DNA of 64,000 nucleotides. Source: a virus. The notes under the pieces are model-generated. The model was not told the DNA's origin and ran no database searches. It was given only the letters and a program-made list of their open reading frames with translations. Position 1 is the first letter of the stretch; every line of letters begins with the position of its first letter. Both the position numbers and the translations under genes were made by a program. This document shows, piece by piece, positions 16,766 through 26,197 of this stretch. The stretch lies in the IMG/VR virus record IMGVR_UViG_3300035698_012408, one strand, 5' to 3'.

Positions 16766-17461
16766 TTATTCTTTGGATGGTGTGATTGTCGTGCGATCCA
16801 ACAACTGGGAATTGATTACATCCTGGGCCCCACGACTCTCCGCACCCCTTATGATCTGTGGCCACCGGCGATCCTGTTGCATCTGTATCGCCTCCACTTG
16901 TGTTTGCAGCCTACCGATCGACACCCACATTTCTCGACGATCAAGCTGACACTCATCCGTGATCCTATGGAGCTTCTCGACCTCGAAATGTGCATCCATC
17001 AACTGCACCTCTTCCCGTCCCAGCCGATCGATAACATCAGGATGCGCTGGCAGCGCCTCGTGCTCGCTGAGCATCTGACGCGTCTCGCCCACATCCACGC
17101 TTATCGGGGACATCGTCATGTTCACAAAGGCCACGAAGACCCCGCCAAGGGCCAATGAAGCCACGATGGCTGACATAACCAGCGGCCAGCTCACCTGACC
17201 ATGCTGCGATACTTCGTGTTGCTGTTCGTCGATTCGCCGGTGGATCTCAGCTGACCGTCCGGTCGCGCGTAAATCCGACTCCTGCATCATCCGCCGCGTC
17301 TCTTCAAACCCGGCTGTTACGGTGCGGTTTGTCTGCTCGACCATTTGCAACGTATGCTGCATGTCGCGCTCCAACCCGGTGACCCGACCTTCCAAATGTG
17401 CGTGTGCCTGGCCTGTAGCAACAGCGGCCTTCGCAGTCCCTGCTTCTTGTGTTCCAGCCAT
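16766..17461 (-). CDS. single-pass membrane protein with coiled-coil segments
   Basis: TM helix WPLVMSAIVASLALGGVFVAFV flanked by heptad-like regions. The start is uncertain (ATG 17461 or 17530; the track start at 17653 is GTG). Confidence 0.45.
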   Translation of the reverse strand: MAGTQEAGTAKAAVATGQAHAHLEGRVTGLERDMQHTLQMVEQTNRTVTAGFEETRRMMQESDLRATGRSAEIHRRIDEQQHEVSQHGQVSWPLVMSAIVASLALGGVFVAFVNMTMSPISVDVGETRQMLSEHEALPAHPDVIDRLGREEVQLMDAHFEVEKLHRITDECQLDRREMWVSIGRLQTQVEAIQMQQDRRWPQIIRGAESRGAQDVINSQLLDRTTITPSKE

Positions 17462-17734
17462 TATCTCGTCTTTCTTGCAGCCATCCAGGGCCGCTGTTAT
17501 CGTAAGTGCGTATCGAAGAACCCTTGTCATCCCCTGCGACAAGACCGGATAGCCACTAGGACTATCACAACGACGGCATCTTGGGACGCATCCGTCATTC
17601 CACCTCCCGCCTCGTTGGCTTTTACCATGAGACGGTTGCCAAGCAGTACCCACTCCATCTTGGTATGGGTACCGCCGCTAACCGACCAGCGTCTTGGTCA
17701 ATTCGTCGATACGCACTCGCGTGCTCGCTAAATT

Positions 17735-18043
17735 CTACCATCTCCGATCTGCTGTCGCAACACAAGAGGAGCAGCTAACAGCATCTGCTGCCCCGTTGGG
17801 CCTACTACTACGAATCATTATTGTACTCTGCGGGAGGGTCGACCGCAGGAGATCTCTTCGCGGAACTCCTTTGCCCACGGCAAGGTGAAGAACGTAACCT
17901 CGCATCTGTTGGTAGGACCCGTCCCTGAATGACGGTAGGAACCTGGCCAACGCCCGACCGAAACCCCTGGCTACCCAGGTGAACGCCCCGCCAACACTTC
18001 CGAGAGGCAGAGCGCGGGGTTTGAAGGTGTCCAGGCATATCAT
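17735..18043 (-). CDS. possible small basic protein
   Basis: ATG-initiated ORF filling the gap after the giant gene. Signals are weak. Confidence 0.2.
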   Translation of the reverse strand: MICLDTFKPRALPLGSVGGAFTWVARGFGRALARFLPSFRDGSYQQMRGYVLHLAVGKGVPRRDLLRSTLPQSTIMIRSSRPNGAADAVSCSSCVATADRRW

Positions 18044-18162
18044 GCTCTTACCTGTCCCTCCCGGGGACCGCACCACTCTCCGCAACCACCGTACTCGGCT
18101 CACCCGGTTTGTGAACTTGAGCTAGATCACGGCCGCCAGCACGTCCCGCACTCCCGCTGCTT

Positions 18163-21100
18163 TTACGTTGTCGCTGGTGCGACGTTAGCCGGCGTTGCCG
18201 CCGCCTGTGATGTTCGCCATTTGTACCAAAGATCCAAAAACTGATCCTGCTGCTCCGGCGCCACGATGTCCTCCATCATGCCAGATCGCAATCCGGTGAC
18301 GTCGCCCGCGAAGCCAATAACTGAATTACCCCAGCTGCCAAAGCCAGCAGCTCTGTCAAGTTGTTCCTGCTGATCAGGCCCGACCGCATTAAACACGGCC
18401 TCAAGTGCGTGTTCGCCGCCTTGGCCGCCGCGAAGTGCCATCGCCACCATCGGCTTCACTGCCGCCTTCATTGCGTCGGACATCGGCTCCGGTGGAGACA
18501 CCACGTCACTGCCCGCCTCGTACACCTCCTCGGCTCCTGGCTCGAACTGATCTCGCACGAAACCCTGGACGCCTTCTCCGAACATGCCTTGGCGTGCCAG
18601 CGGATAGGCTGCTCCGGCTAACCCTAGCAGGGCCATAAGCCAACTTCCAATACCGCCGCCGTCCTTGCTGGTCATCGCGGACACCAGACCGAGCAGACCA
18701 ACGCCTGCACCGCCATAGAGCAAGACCTGCTCCCAGGTGTCCATGCTTTCGAGCATCCCGCCCACTTCTTCCTCCGGTACGCCTTCAGCCACCAACGCGG
18801 CCGCTGCGTCGTCTGTGACCACCTGCGGTACCGGCTGATCATTTGCAACAGTCTGCACGATCGCCTGCTTATCGGGATCAGCAAATAGGCCAGTTATCGA
18901 CTCGCCAGCTTGATCCAGGTACTCTTGAGCCCTCTCCGGGAACTCGTTTACGAGGCCCGGTATGCCCATACTCTCAAACAGCCCTTCGATCGGGCGTAGC
19001 GGCAGATTCTGCTCTACCCCGGCTTCAGGCTGCTGTGGTCCTTGAACCGGTGCCCCAGGCTGCTGTGGTCCTTGAACCGGTGCCCCAGGCTGCTGTGGTC
19101 CTTGAACCGGCGCTCCGGGCTGCTGTGGTCCTTGCGCCGGCGCTCCGGGCTGTTGCGGACCTTGAACCGGCGCAGGTGGCGGCGTGGGCTGCGCAGGTGG
19201 CTGCGCAGGCTGCTGGGGTCCAGCCACCGGCGTGGCGGGTGTGTTAGGTGGTGTGGGTGTGTTAGGTGGTGTGGGTGTGGTAAGTGGTGCAGTCACCGGA
19301 GGTACCGACGAAACGGGTGGAGCCGCTACCGGCTCCACTGGTGGTGCTGCTGCGGGTGCGGCCGGCCCGGGCACGTTCGGCGTGGCACCAGGGAAGAACG
19401 TCTCCGTACCCTGCGGCAACGTCGTCGCCATCGGTACGTTGCCAAGCATCTCGGCCGGAGGCAGTGTCGCTGGTGGCGTCGGTACGCCTGCTGCCATCTT
19501 CACCCACGACTGTTGCTTCTCCCGCCCGTAGGCCCGGAGCAGGTCCTGCTGTGCTTGTTGCTGGGCTGCCATATCCGCAGCTTGCTCAATCTGAGCTTCG
19601 CTGATTCCCGGTTGGCCGCCGTACTGCTCTGTCAACATCACCTTATATTGCTTAGCGTATTCAGCCACCCGTTGCTCGCCACCCGTCTGCAACGCTTCAC
19701 GCGGTGTCGTGGCAAGTTGCTCTCGATCAAAATCTACAGCAAAGTCAGCGGGATTAGCAGGCTCTACCACTCCGGTGCGTTCCAGCCATCGCTGCGTACC
19801 GCCGCTCTGCTGCTGGTGATTTTCACGCATCCCCTGAACAGCGCCACCTCCGGCCGTCCACTTCAGTGGGATAGTCAGATCTTTAAGACCCTTGGTAACA
19901 GACGGATTCATTCCGGGAATCCTCTGCGACGCGCCAGACATACCACGAAGTGCCGCCCAGGACGGAAGATCTTCTACGACCCCGGCACCTGCCTCAGTAA
20001 GCATTCGCTGAGCTATATTTGCCCCGGGCTGGTTTCCTATCTCGCGAATGCGATCTGCCCCAAGCTGTTGGTAATCACCAAGATTACCGCCGCCGGGCAT
20101 CGGCACGCCATCGATACCGATCTGTATCCCTTCATACGCCGGTGCGAGTGCTTGATACTTAGCGAGCGTATTGAGTGTCGGTTGGAACCCTTTAATACCC
20201 TTCCCCAAACCCCCGAACGCCAGCGACTGAGCAACCTGTGGAGCTGCCTCGACACCGCGGCCAACCATCCGTTTAAGACCACGCCCGACGGGGCCACTCT
20301 CCAATGCCCCTTCCGACAAATCACGACGCGCGCCCGCCCGCCCGGTTCGCGTATCGCGAGCCAGCTGCCCAAGATACTTCATCCGCTGCAACATGTCTTC
20401 CCGAGATGCCTGCGGAAGACTCTGATCTATAGCCCCTTGCATAAGCCGCGGCGCACTGTACTCCGTTAGCTCGCTCATCTGATTCAGTTGTGTCTGGGCG
20501 TCAGCGTCGCCGGCACCAGCGGCTGCGCGTAGTTCATCCAGTCGGTCGCCATTGCTCAACATCTGTCGCGCATTGTGCGAGTTCCCGCGATTCACATCCT
20601 CCATCGCTAGGGTGCGTGCGAACTCTTCTGGATGGCGATTTGCTTCACGCATCTGACCACCGTAGTCGCCCAAGCTCCCCTGCGCGCTGTTCGGATGCAG
20701 CCCCACCCTTGCCGCGTGCGGATTGATACCTTCTCTCAGTGGTGTCAGAATGGGCGAGATAAGGTCATTCAAACCACCTAACGCTCCGGTGTCTGGATTT
20801 TCACCTGTAGCCGCAGCAGACATTCGACCCCCAAGCGGTCCGAGTGTCCTCAACGCGACCAGTGCCTGAGGTATATTTAGAGCGCCACGACCTACATTAG
20901 ATGCTATATCACGAGCCATATCCCCACCGGTACGTCGATCATTCGCCACCGCGTAGGAATTAGCTGCATACTGTGCTGCCTCATCGCCCAACGGCGCGAG
21001 ATTCAATATATGATTACCACGCTCTCCCCCCGGTGCCGTGGTCTTCTGCCCAAAGAAAAACCCGGCGCCTGGAGCTTGCCCGACCGGGATAGGTGCCAAG

Positions 21101-22809
21101 CCTCTGCGAAAAAGATCCTCCATTACCTTGGGATTACCGTGCAAACCAGTGTTACCCAGCCACCACCGCAGCCCGGAATTCACCGACGTATCAATGTTCT
21201 CCCGGAAGACACGAGACTTGTGATCACTGAGCAGCCCACGAACACGCTCATAAGGATCGTCGCCCGCCCCGACGGGTTTGTCATGCTGCGTCCGCAGCCG
21301 TACATTCCAAGCGTTCGGATTGGAGGTGCCAAAAAACGCCTCACCGCGAGGATCATCCTGAGCGTGGGCATAACCTGCCGGAATCTCTCGTATGTCCTGC
21401 CGTGGCTGTGCAGACCGTCCTTCTCCGTATTCTCCGTACATCTTGCTGGCGTGGTCGTACATGCCCACCTTCTGCCCGAAGTAGTTCGTAGAGAATGCGC
21501 GGAGTCGCCGCGTCACTTCCTCCGTGTCACCCCGGACCATCGGATCTGACATGATAGAGTCTGTCCGCTTCCTGAAATACCGATCAGTCTCACGCAGCTT
21601 CGTGAAGGTTGGCGTGAGTACACCGCCATTCTCAGCGTTCACGGTGTCCGCAAAAACGTCTTCAGTAGCCAGCCTTGCCATCTCCTCAGTAAAGTTGCCA
21701 GGGGCAAACGAATCAAAGGTCGGTGTTGGGTTCGAGCGAGGAGCGTTCCTCCGTGCATCCCGAGCTTTCACGCTGCGTTTCAGATAGTCCAAGCTGTTGG
21801 CATAATCATGCTTCTTGTACCCCGACAGCGCCATATTCAGGCTGTGAGGATTGTCACTGTCATCACGGGACTGATGCTCGACCATAGTCCGCCAAGCCTC
21901 TTGCGCCCCGTCGTTCCCTCTCGCTCGATAGTCGTCATCCCACAGCTTCCGGTTGTTCTGCCAATCCTTCCAAGGGCCTTCACGGTATGCGTCGAGTGCC
22001 GTGTGCTGCTCTGGGGTCATCCGCCCCTCAGGCTCTCTGAAACGTCCCGAGAAGGCCACCGAGGAGTGGTCGAACTCCGGCTTGGCTTGCCGGTTGCTGT
22101 TGTAGCCCAATAGTTGCTGGAGCTGCTCCGGCGGGGCCGGCGGCGTGTAGTAGCCCATCTCGCGGTTCAGCTGCGGCGGTGGCTGGAGCTGGTCAAGCGT
22201 CGCCGGGGAGAACTGCATAGACTCGTCCACATGAGACTGATCACGTAGATTACCCAGTTGCGCGCCTTGTGGCATGCTGCCTGTCTGGTCCAGGTAGGAC
22301 GACTGCTCTGGGGCCTGTGTTGGATTAGGGGCCCGCGGGATGGGTTGGTTCGGCTGCCCGGCCCAATTGGTCGCCGGAGGCTGCGGACCCTGCACCGGGG
22401 GCTGGGCCGGTAGGGAATCAGGGAGATTTGGCTTGTAATCAGGGGTTTGAGCGTCCGAAATAAGCCGATTCGCCGGTCTCACGCCGTCCAGATTGGGATT
22501 ACGCCACGGATGCGTGTCCGGGGTGTACGGCGACTTCCCCGCAGCGATATTGTCCTGCATGTAGGGCGGCGGACCGATCGCACACTTCTCGAACTCTGCC
22601 GCTACTGCGGGATGGAAGTCGATAGCGTGCTGAATGGCAGAAAAGACCTCCCGATCGCTGTTAAGCCCAGCTTCCTTGCAGCGCAGCAGAAAACCGGCTA
22701 CAAATGCGGACTTTTCAGGCGTTACAGCCCGTAAATTGATAGCCGCAGCTGCGGATTGCAGCTCAGCAGTGGTTTGGGTCGGACCAATCAATGAGAAAGC
22801 GCCAGCCAT
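18163..22809 (-). CDS. giant (about 1548 aa) protein with a Pro/Gln-rich tandem-repeat region and C-terminal TM helices; possible internal virion, ejection or tape-measure-like protein
   Basis: ATG 22809 after AAGGAGGG. N-terminal motif GFLLRCKEAGL, repeats (V)QGPQQPGAP x5, TM-like VLLYGGAGVGLLGLV and WLMALLGLAGAAYPLA. The function is inferred only from size and architecture. Confidence 0.5.
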   Translation of the reverse strand: MAGAFSLIGPTQTTAELQSAAAAINLRAVTPEKSAFVAGFLLRCKEAGLNSDREVFSAIQHAIDFHPAVAAEFEKCAIGPPPYMQDNIAAGKSPYTPDTHPWRNPNLDGVRPANRLISDAQTPDYKPNLPDSLPAQPPVQGPQPPATNWAGQPNQPIPRAPNPTQAPEQSSYLDQTGSMPQGAQLGNLRDQSHVDESMQFSPATLDQLQPPPQLNREMGYYTPPAPPEQLQQLLGYNSNRQAKPEFDHSSVAFSGRFREPEGRMTPEQHTALDAYREGPWKDWQNNRKLWDDDYRARGNDGAQEAWRTMVEHQSRDDSDNPHSLNMALSGYKKHDYANSLDYLKRSVKARDARRNAPRSNPTPTFDSFAPGNFTEEMARLATEDVFADTVNAENGGVLTPTFTKLRETDRYFRKRTDSIMSDPMVRGDTEEVTRRLRAFSTNYFGQKVGMYDHASKMYGEYGEGRSAQPRQDIREIPAGYAHAQDDPRGEAFFGTSNPNAWNVRLRTQHDKPVGAGDDPYERVRGLLSDHKSRVFRENIDTSVNSGLRWWLGNTGLHGNPKVMEDLFRRGLAPIPVGQAPGAGFFFGQKTTAPGGERGNHILNLAPLGDEAAQYAANSYAVANDRRTGGDMARDIASNVGRGALNIPQALVALRTLGPLGGRMSAAATGENPDTGALGGLNDLISPILTPLREGINPHAARVGLHPNSAQGSLGDYGGQMREANRHPEEFARTLAMEDVNRGNSHNARQMLSNGDRLDELRAAAGAGDADAQTQLNQMSELTEYSAPRLMQGAIDQSLPQASREDMLQRMKYLGQLARDTRTGRAGARRDLSEGALESGPVGRGLKRMVGRGVEAAPQVAQSLAFGGLGKGIKGFQPTLNTLAKYQALAPAYEGIQIGIDGVPMPGGGNLGDYQQLGADRIREIGNQPGANIAQRMLTEAGAGVVEDLPSWAALRGMSGASQRIPGMNPSVTKGLKDLTIPLKWTAGGGAVQGMRENHQQQSGGTQRWLERTGVVEPANPADFAVDFDREQLATTPREALQTGGEQRVAEYAKQYKVMLTEQYGGQPGISEAQIEQAADMAAQQQAQQDLLRAYGREKQQSWVKMAAGVPTPPATLPPAEMLGNVPMATTLPQGTETFFPGATPNVPGPAAPAAAPPVEPVAAPPVSSVPPVTAPLTTPTPPNTPTPPNTPATPVAGPQQPAQPPAQPTPPPAPVQGPQQPGAPAQGPQQPGAPVQGPQQPGAPVQGPQQPGAPVQGPQQPEAGVEQNLPLRPIEGLFESMGIPGLVNEFPERAQEYLDQAGESITGLFADPDKQAIVQTVANDQPVPQVVTDDAAAALVAEGVPEEEVGGMLESMDTWEQVLLYGGAGVGLLGLVSAMTSKDGGGIGSWLMALLGLAGAAYPLARQGMFGEGVQGFVRDQFEPGAEEVYEAGSDVVSPPEPMSDAMKAAVKPMVAMALRGGQGGEHALEAVFNAVGPDQQEQLDRAAGFGSWGNSVIGFAGDVTGLRSGMMEDIVAPEQQDQFLDLWYKWRTSQAAATPANVAPATT
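19026..19175 (-). repeat. five tandem 30-bp in-frame repeats (caggctgctgtggtccttgaaccggtgccc)
   Basis: Copies 1 and 2 are identical and copies 3 to 5 degenerate progressively. They encode GPQQPGAPVQ units. Confidence 0.9.
19237..19272 (-). repeat. 2 x 18-bp tandem repeat (gggtgtgttaggtggtgt) encoding TPTPPN
   Basis: Exact duplication seen directly. Confidence 0.85.
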
Positions 22810-22925
22810 CGCACACGCCCTCCTTGGGTGCAAAAGAGGTTGCTGCTGGGAACCAGCTTGGTCCCACGGTGTTAATCATACCCCAACTCTCACCGCAATG
22901 CGAGAGGAGTCAAGAATATCGCCCA

Positions 22926-23129
22926 TTAAGGGCGATCCACGTTGACAGCTCTGGGCCGCTCCCGTGATTCGTCAATCTCATAGACGACAGCGTCATCGAC
23001 CTCCAATTCGTCGAATAATGCCCGGTCCGCCACGCCTGTGGCGTGGAAAAAGACGTCCTTCCCACCGTCAGCCGGCTTCAGGAACCCAAACCCCTTCTCG
23101 TGGACTATCTTAACAATCGTGCCATTCAT
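22926..23129 (-). CDS. cold-shock domain protein (CspA family)
   Basis: MNGTIVKIVHEKGFGFLKP..GGKDVFFHATGV carries RNP1 KGFGF and RNP2 VFFHA. Confidence 0.8.
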   Translation of the reverse strand: MNGTIVKIVHEKGFGFLKPADGGKDVFFHATGVADRALFDELEVDDAVVYEIDESRERPRAVNVDRP

Positions 23130-23188
23130 TAGCTTATCATTCCCTCTTGGAACAGTTCCATTCCTGTTCTGCCGTTCCGACGACAGTA

Positions 23189-23905
23189 TCAATCAGTTTG
23201 CGGGGCCAACCCGCATTGTTCTATTTGGTCCGGTGCATACGGGCGGGTGGGACACATCAGGCTCGGCTTATCCGAGAAGCTCAGCAGCGGCGTCTTCGCC
23301 GTAAACATGTCGAACGTGTCCCAGTGATTCCGCAGCCACATGTCAACAGGGACGCGAGCGAACGCATACCCGTGATACAGCTTCTGCAACCTCCCCGTCC
23401 TGTTATAGAGATACCCCAAGCTGCCCCAGCCGTAAATACCAGAATACAGCAAACGCGTGGCCTCTTTTTTCCTGGGTCCCGACGTCCTGGGCTCCGGCCC
23501 TTCATTCCAGCCGTACTTGCGATCGAACAGGTTGATGGCGTCCCACGAGTCGAGCTGCTTAGCGTGTGCTATCAGCGTCAACAGCGATTTCCTGAACCCA
23601 ACAAGCGGGACCACGTCATCCTCCAGCACCACCAAGTGAGGCTGCTTGTATCGTGTGATAAAGTAGTACAACGCCTTCGAGTGCCCCTCCAGGCAGCTGC
23701 GACACCGCTGAAGATAATTGCTGTCTGTGATGTCGCCGCCCGGGCGGTCGTACATCCCCGTCATATAATTGCCATTGACCTGTTCCGGCGGCGGCGAACG
23801 GATGAAGTCGAAGGGCACGCCGACAGCCTTCATGTTCTCACGCATCATCTCTTGACGATCCGTGGCTCCCGGCACTGTCACAACTAATACTTTGCAATTC
23901 ATCAA
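23189..23905 (-). CDS. glycosyltransferase family 25-like (GT-A)
   Basis: N-terminus KVLVVTVPGATDRQEMMRENMKAVGVPFDFI and VVLEDDVVP are typical of LPS-type GT25 enzymes. Confidence 0.55.
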   Translation of the reverse strand: MMNCKVLVVTVPGATDRQEMMRENMKAVGVPFDFIRSPPPEQVNGNYMTGMYDRPGGDITDSNYLQRCRSCLEGHSKALYYFITRYKQPHLVVLEDDVVPLVGFRKSLLTLIAHAKQLDSWDAINLFDRKYGWNEGPEPRTSGPRKKEATRLLYSGIYGWGSLGYLYNRTGRLQKLYHGYAFARVPVDMWLRNHWDTFDMFTAKTPLLSFSDKPSLMCPTRPYAPDQIEQCGLAPQTD

Positions 23906-23943
23906 AATAACCTCCAGCGTCGCAGTGACGCCTGCCCCTTATT

Positions 23944-24951
23944 CTAACTTGCCCACCCCTGCACGTCGAGACGTGCTCGCACCGCAGGGATATATTTATA
24001 ACAAGCGTCTATGATGCACTTTGCAAAGTATTCGACATTGAGCCAATGCTTATCCATCGCCTTCAGGTACTCGTGGGCCGCCATAATGCGATCTCGCTGC
24101 AATAATTCCGGTGCTTCCTTGATGTCATCATAGAACAACGGGTAGCCCGTGCCAAGGTATTCTTCCAGTGCCGGCTTCCGATTTAGCAGGATTGGTGCTT
24201 CCCTCGCGATGCACTCAACCACCGTGTTCGTGGCCGTCACGCCCAGGTAATGGGCAAAGATCACGCTCGACGCTACCAGCTCATTGTACTCGGCATTCGG
24301 TATCCAGCCGTGCTCCTGCACCCGTGGAGGCCGTGGGCAGTCCCGATTGTGCTCCAAGCAGTGATGATGGGCGTTCCGCTGCCACGGGTACTGATGCTCC
24401 AGCAGACGATGCTTCTCGTAGCCGGGCGGCACCCGCATCGTGTAGATCTGCGACGTGTCGCGCAGGTACCAGCCGGTCTGCACTAGCCGCCGCTTCAGCT
24501 TGTCAGGGTCCCACTTCGGGACATCCAACCGCGTCGGATGCCTGATGGGCACGACTGGACACAGCCCCCACTTCTCCAGATGTGGTATCTGCGACTCGCT
24601 CATGGCGATGAGGAAGCTGCACTTCTCTCTCGCCGCGAACCAGCGATCCTGAATGGCCCCGGTGCATTTCGACCAATGCCCGAGCGGGTTGCACCACTGG
24701 TACCGTAGCGGGCGATCGGCCGGCAGATGGCAGACCCCGAACCACGTGTCGCACTGCGAACTATTCTGGAATATGCTCCAGTCAACCGGCAGCCCCAGCG
24801 TACGCTCCACTGCATCATCAAAGATCACCGTGCTGTCGACGTCGAACAGCGGTGCCAGATGCTTCTGAATCCAGGGCCACCCATCACAGTGGTCCCAATC
24901 CTTATGATGCGGATGATCCGGGACCTTCCGAAATATCTTCTCGACCGTCAT
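23944..24951 (-). CDS. putative glycosyltransferase (GT-B-like C-terminal half)
   Basis: The C-terminal TATNTVVECIAREAPILLNRKPALEEYLGTGYPLFY resembles a GT-B nucleotide-sugar-binding region. The assignment is weak. Confidence 0.3.
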   Translation of the reverse strand: MTVEKIFRKVPDHPHHKDWDHCDGWPWIQKHLAPLFDVDSTVIFDDAVERTLGLPVDWSIFQNSSQCDTWFGVCHLPADRPLRYQWCNPLGHWSKCTGAIQDRWFAAREKCSFLIAMSESQIPHLEKWGLCPVVPIRHPTRLDVPKWDPDKLKRRLVQTGWYLRDTSQIYTMRVPPGYEKHRLLEHQYPWQRNAHHHCLEHNRDCPRPPRVQEHGWIPNAEYNELVASSVIFAHYLGVTATNTVVECIAREAPILLNRKPALEEYLGTGYPLFYDDIKEAPELLQRDRIMAAHEYLKAMDKHWLNVEYFAKCIIDACYKYIPAVRARLDVQGWAS

Positions 24952-25426
24952 GCTCTCTGCTCCCTGCCATGCCTGCTGTTACTGTTTCAACGACGTTCTG
25001 CACTTCTCCAGCTTCGGGGATCTCCCCAGCCTCAACGATCATAACAGCCATCGTGAAGCCCTCACGCGATGACGAGGCCTCCAAGCAGCTGCGACCCTTC
25101 ACAGTATACCACTTGTTGTAAGACTCCTCCAGGAACTCGTTCAGATGCTTCGCACCGGCCTTCACGCCCTCAGTCTGCCACATGGCCATGAAGTCCGAGC
25201 ACATCGTCGCGGCCGCAACCTCTCCCATCCTTTCCGCACTTGGTGGGATGAGCCGTATCGAGATCTCATAACCGTTGAGCACCACGTTCAGCAGCAGCGA
25301 GTCGTACGGGTTGTCCCGTGACGTCACTGCCTCCAACATCATGCGATGCACGGCCCGATAGGTTACCTCCGCGAGTGCCCGCTCCTTCAACACCGCAATC
25401 TGTTCTTCAGTCGTCGTCATGATCAT
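24902..25426 (-). CDS. hypothetical protein
   Basis: ATG ORF. It overlaps the downstream start by 50 nt. Confidence 0.4.
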   Translation of the reverse strand: MIMTTTEEQIAVLKERALAEVTYRAVHRMMLEAVTSRDNPYDSLLLNVVLNGYEISIRLIPPSAERMGEVAAATMCSDFMAMWQTEGVKAGAKHLNEFLEESYNKWYTVKGRSCLEASSSREGFTMAVMIVEAGEIPEAGEVQNVVETVTAGMAGSREHDGREDISEGPGSSAS

Positions 25427-25468
25427 TCTCCTGCTATAGCACTGCTTATTACGTAACCACGACGGCTG

Positions 25469-26197
25469 CTATCGGCCCTCGGGGAAACACGCTTCCGCTA
25501 CACCATCATAGACTTCTTTCATCAGAAGGTCCACCACGGCTTGTTCAGTTCCGTCCAAGTCTCGTGAGCCCGGCTTGCGTTTCAGCACGTGCTTCTTCGA
25601 CCATGTGTTGTTGCCATGCCAGAACCGGCAGTAGAGCGCCGGGTCGTTGTTCAGCACCCGCAGGCGGCCCTGATTCTTGTACTTCAGGAGGAACTCGGTG
25701 TCCTCGTGCTTGCCAAGAGCAGGGAAGCGAATGCCGTCCAGGGGCCAGAGCATGGTACCAGCGAACCCACCCACCCGGGACGACTTGCCGTTGTTGACGA
25801 ACGCCGACCCGTCAAACAGGTTGATGTGGACCTCCCGGCGGAAGATCGTCACTTCCTGCGTCACGAAGTTGGTCTGGCCCCGCTGCCATGCGATCCGGTG
25901 CGGCGTGGCATGATCGTCGTCGTCCCACTGCATCATGTAGGGTGAATCCGCCGTATCCATCGCGAGGTTCCGCAGCTCGCCCAGGGTCATCCCCTGCTCG
26001 GCAACGTGCAGCTCCTCAACATTTTGGTCGGCAAACTCGTTCGGCTCCAGCAGGGGGATGGGGTTGTCGTTGACAATCAGCAGCTTGGCTGTGACCCCCA
26101 AGAGCTGTTGCGCTAGGAAAGCCCCCACGGCACATCTCGCCATCGGGTACCGATTGACCGTCTTGCCCGTCACCATTACGCATGTGATGTCTACCAT
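25469..26197 (-). CDS. glycosyltransferase family 2-like (GT-A)
   Basis: ITCVMVTGKTVNRYPMARCAVGAFLAQQ....LLIVNDNP and MMQWDDDDHATPHRI (DxD region). SD AGGAGG. Confidence 0.5.
   Translation of the reverse strand: MVDITCVMVTGKTVNRYPMARCAVGAFLAQQLLGVTAKLLIVNDNPIPLLEPNEFADQNVEELHVAEQGMTLGELRNLAMDTADSPYMMQWDDDDHATPHRIAWQRGQTNFVTQEVTIFRREVHINLFDGSAFVNNGKSSRVGGFAGTMLWPLDGIRFPALGKHEDTEFLLKYKNQGRLRVLNNDPALYCRFWHGNNTWSKKHVLKRKPGSRDLDGTEQAVVDLLMKEVYDGVAEACFPEGR

Noticed and set aside
16766-17653. Using the full track ORFs with upstream extensions as gene starts (for example 16766..17653, 61058..62056, 38929..39297, 22926..23192 and 29881..30324).
   Set aside because: The extensions begin at non-ATG codons or overlap the preceding gene. 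They encode Arg/Cys/Trp-rich junk. Internal ATGs with SD sequences placed just after the upstream stop give cleaner models.
19026-19175. Possible CRISPR array or non-coding satellite at the 30-bp tandem repeats, and likewise at the 48-bp repeats at 40174-40365.
   Set aside because: The repeats are directly adjacent with no spacers. Their lengths are multiples of 3, and they are in frame within long ORFs, where they encode peptide repeats.
19042-20469. Long plus-strand ORFs antisense to minus-strand genes. Examples are 19042..20469 (475 aa), 50490..51422, 58226..59275, 61629..62531, 7378..8010 and 16424..17158. The minus-strand ORF 42113..42721, opposite the plus-strand gene, is a similar case.
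   Set aside because: They are Arg/Cys/Leu/Pro/His-rich with no motifs and lack SD sequences. They lie entirely inside better-supported genes on the other strand. This is typical of stop-poor antisense frames in GC-rich DNA.
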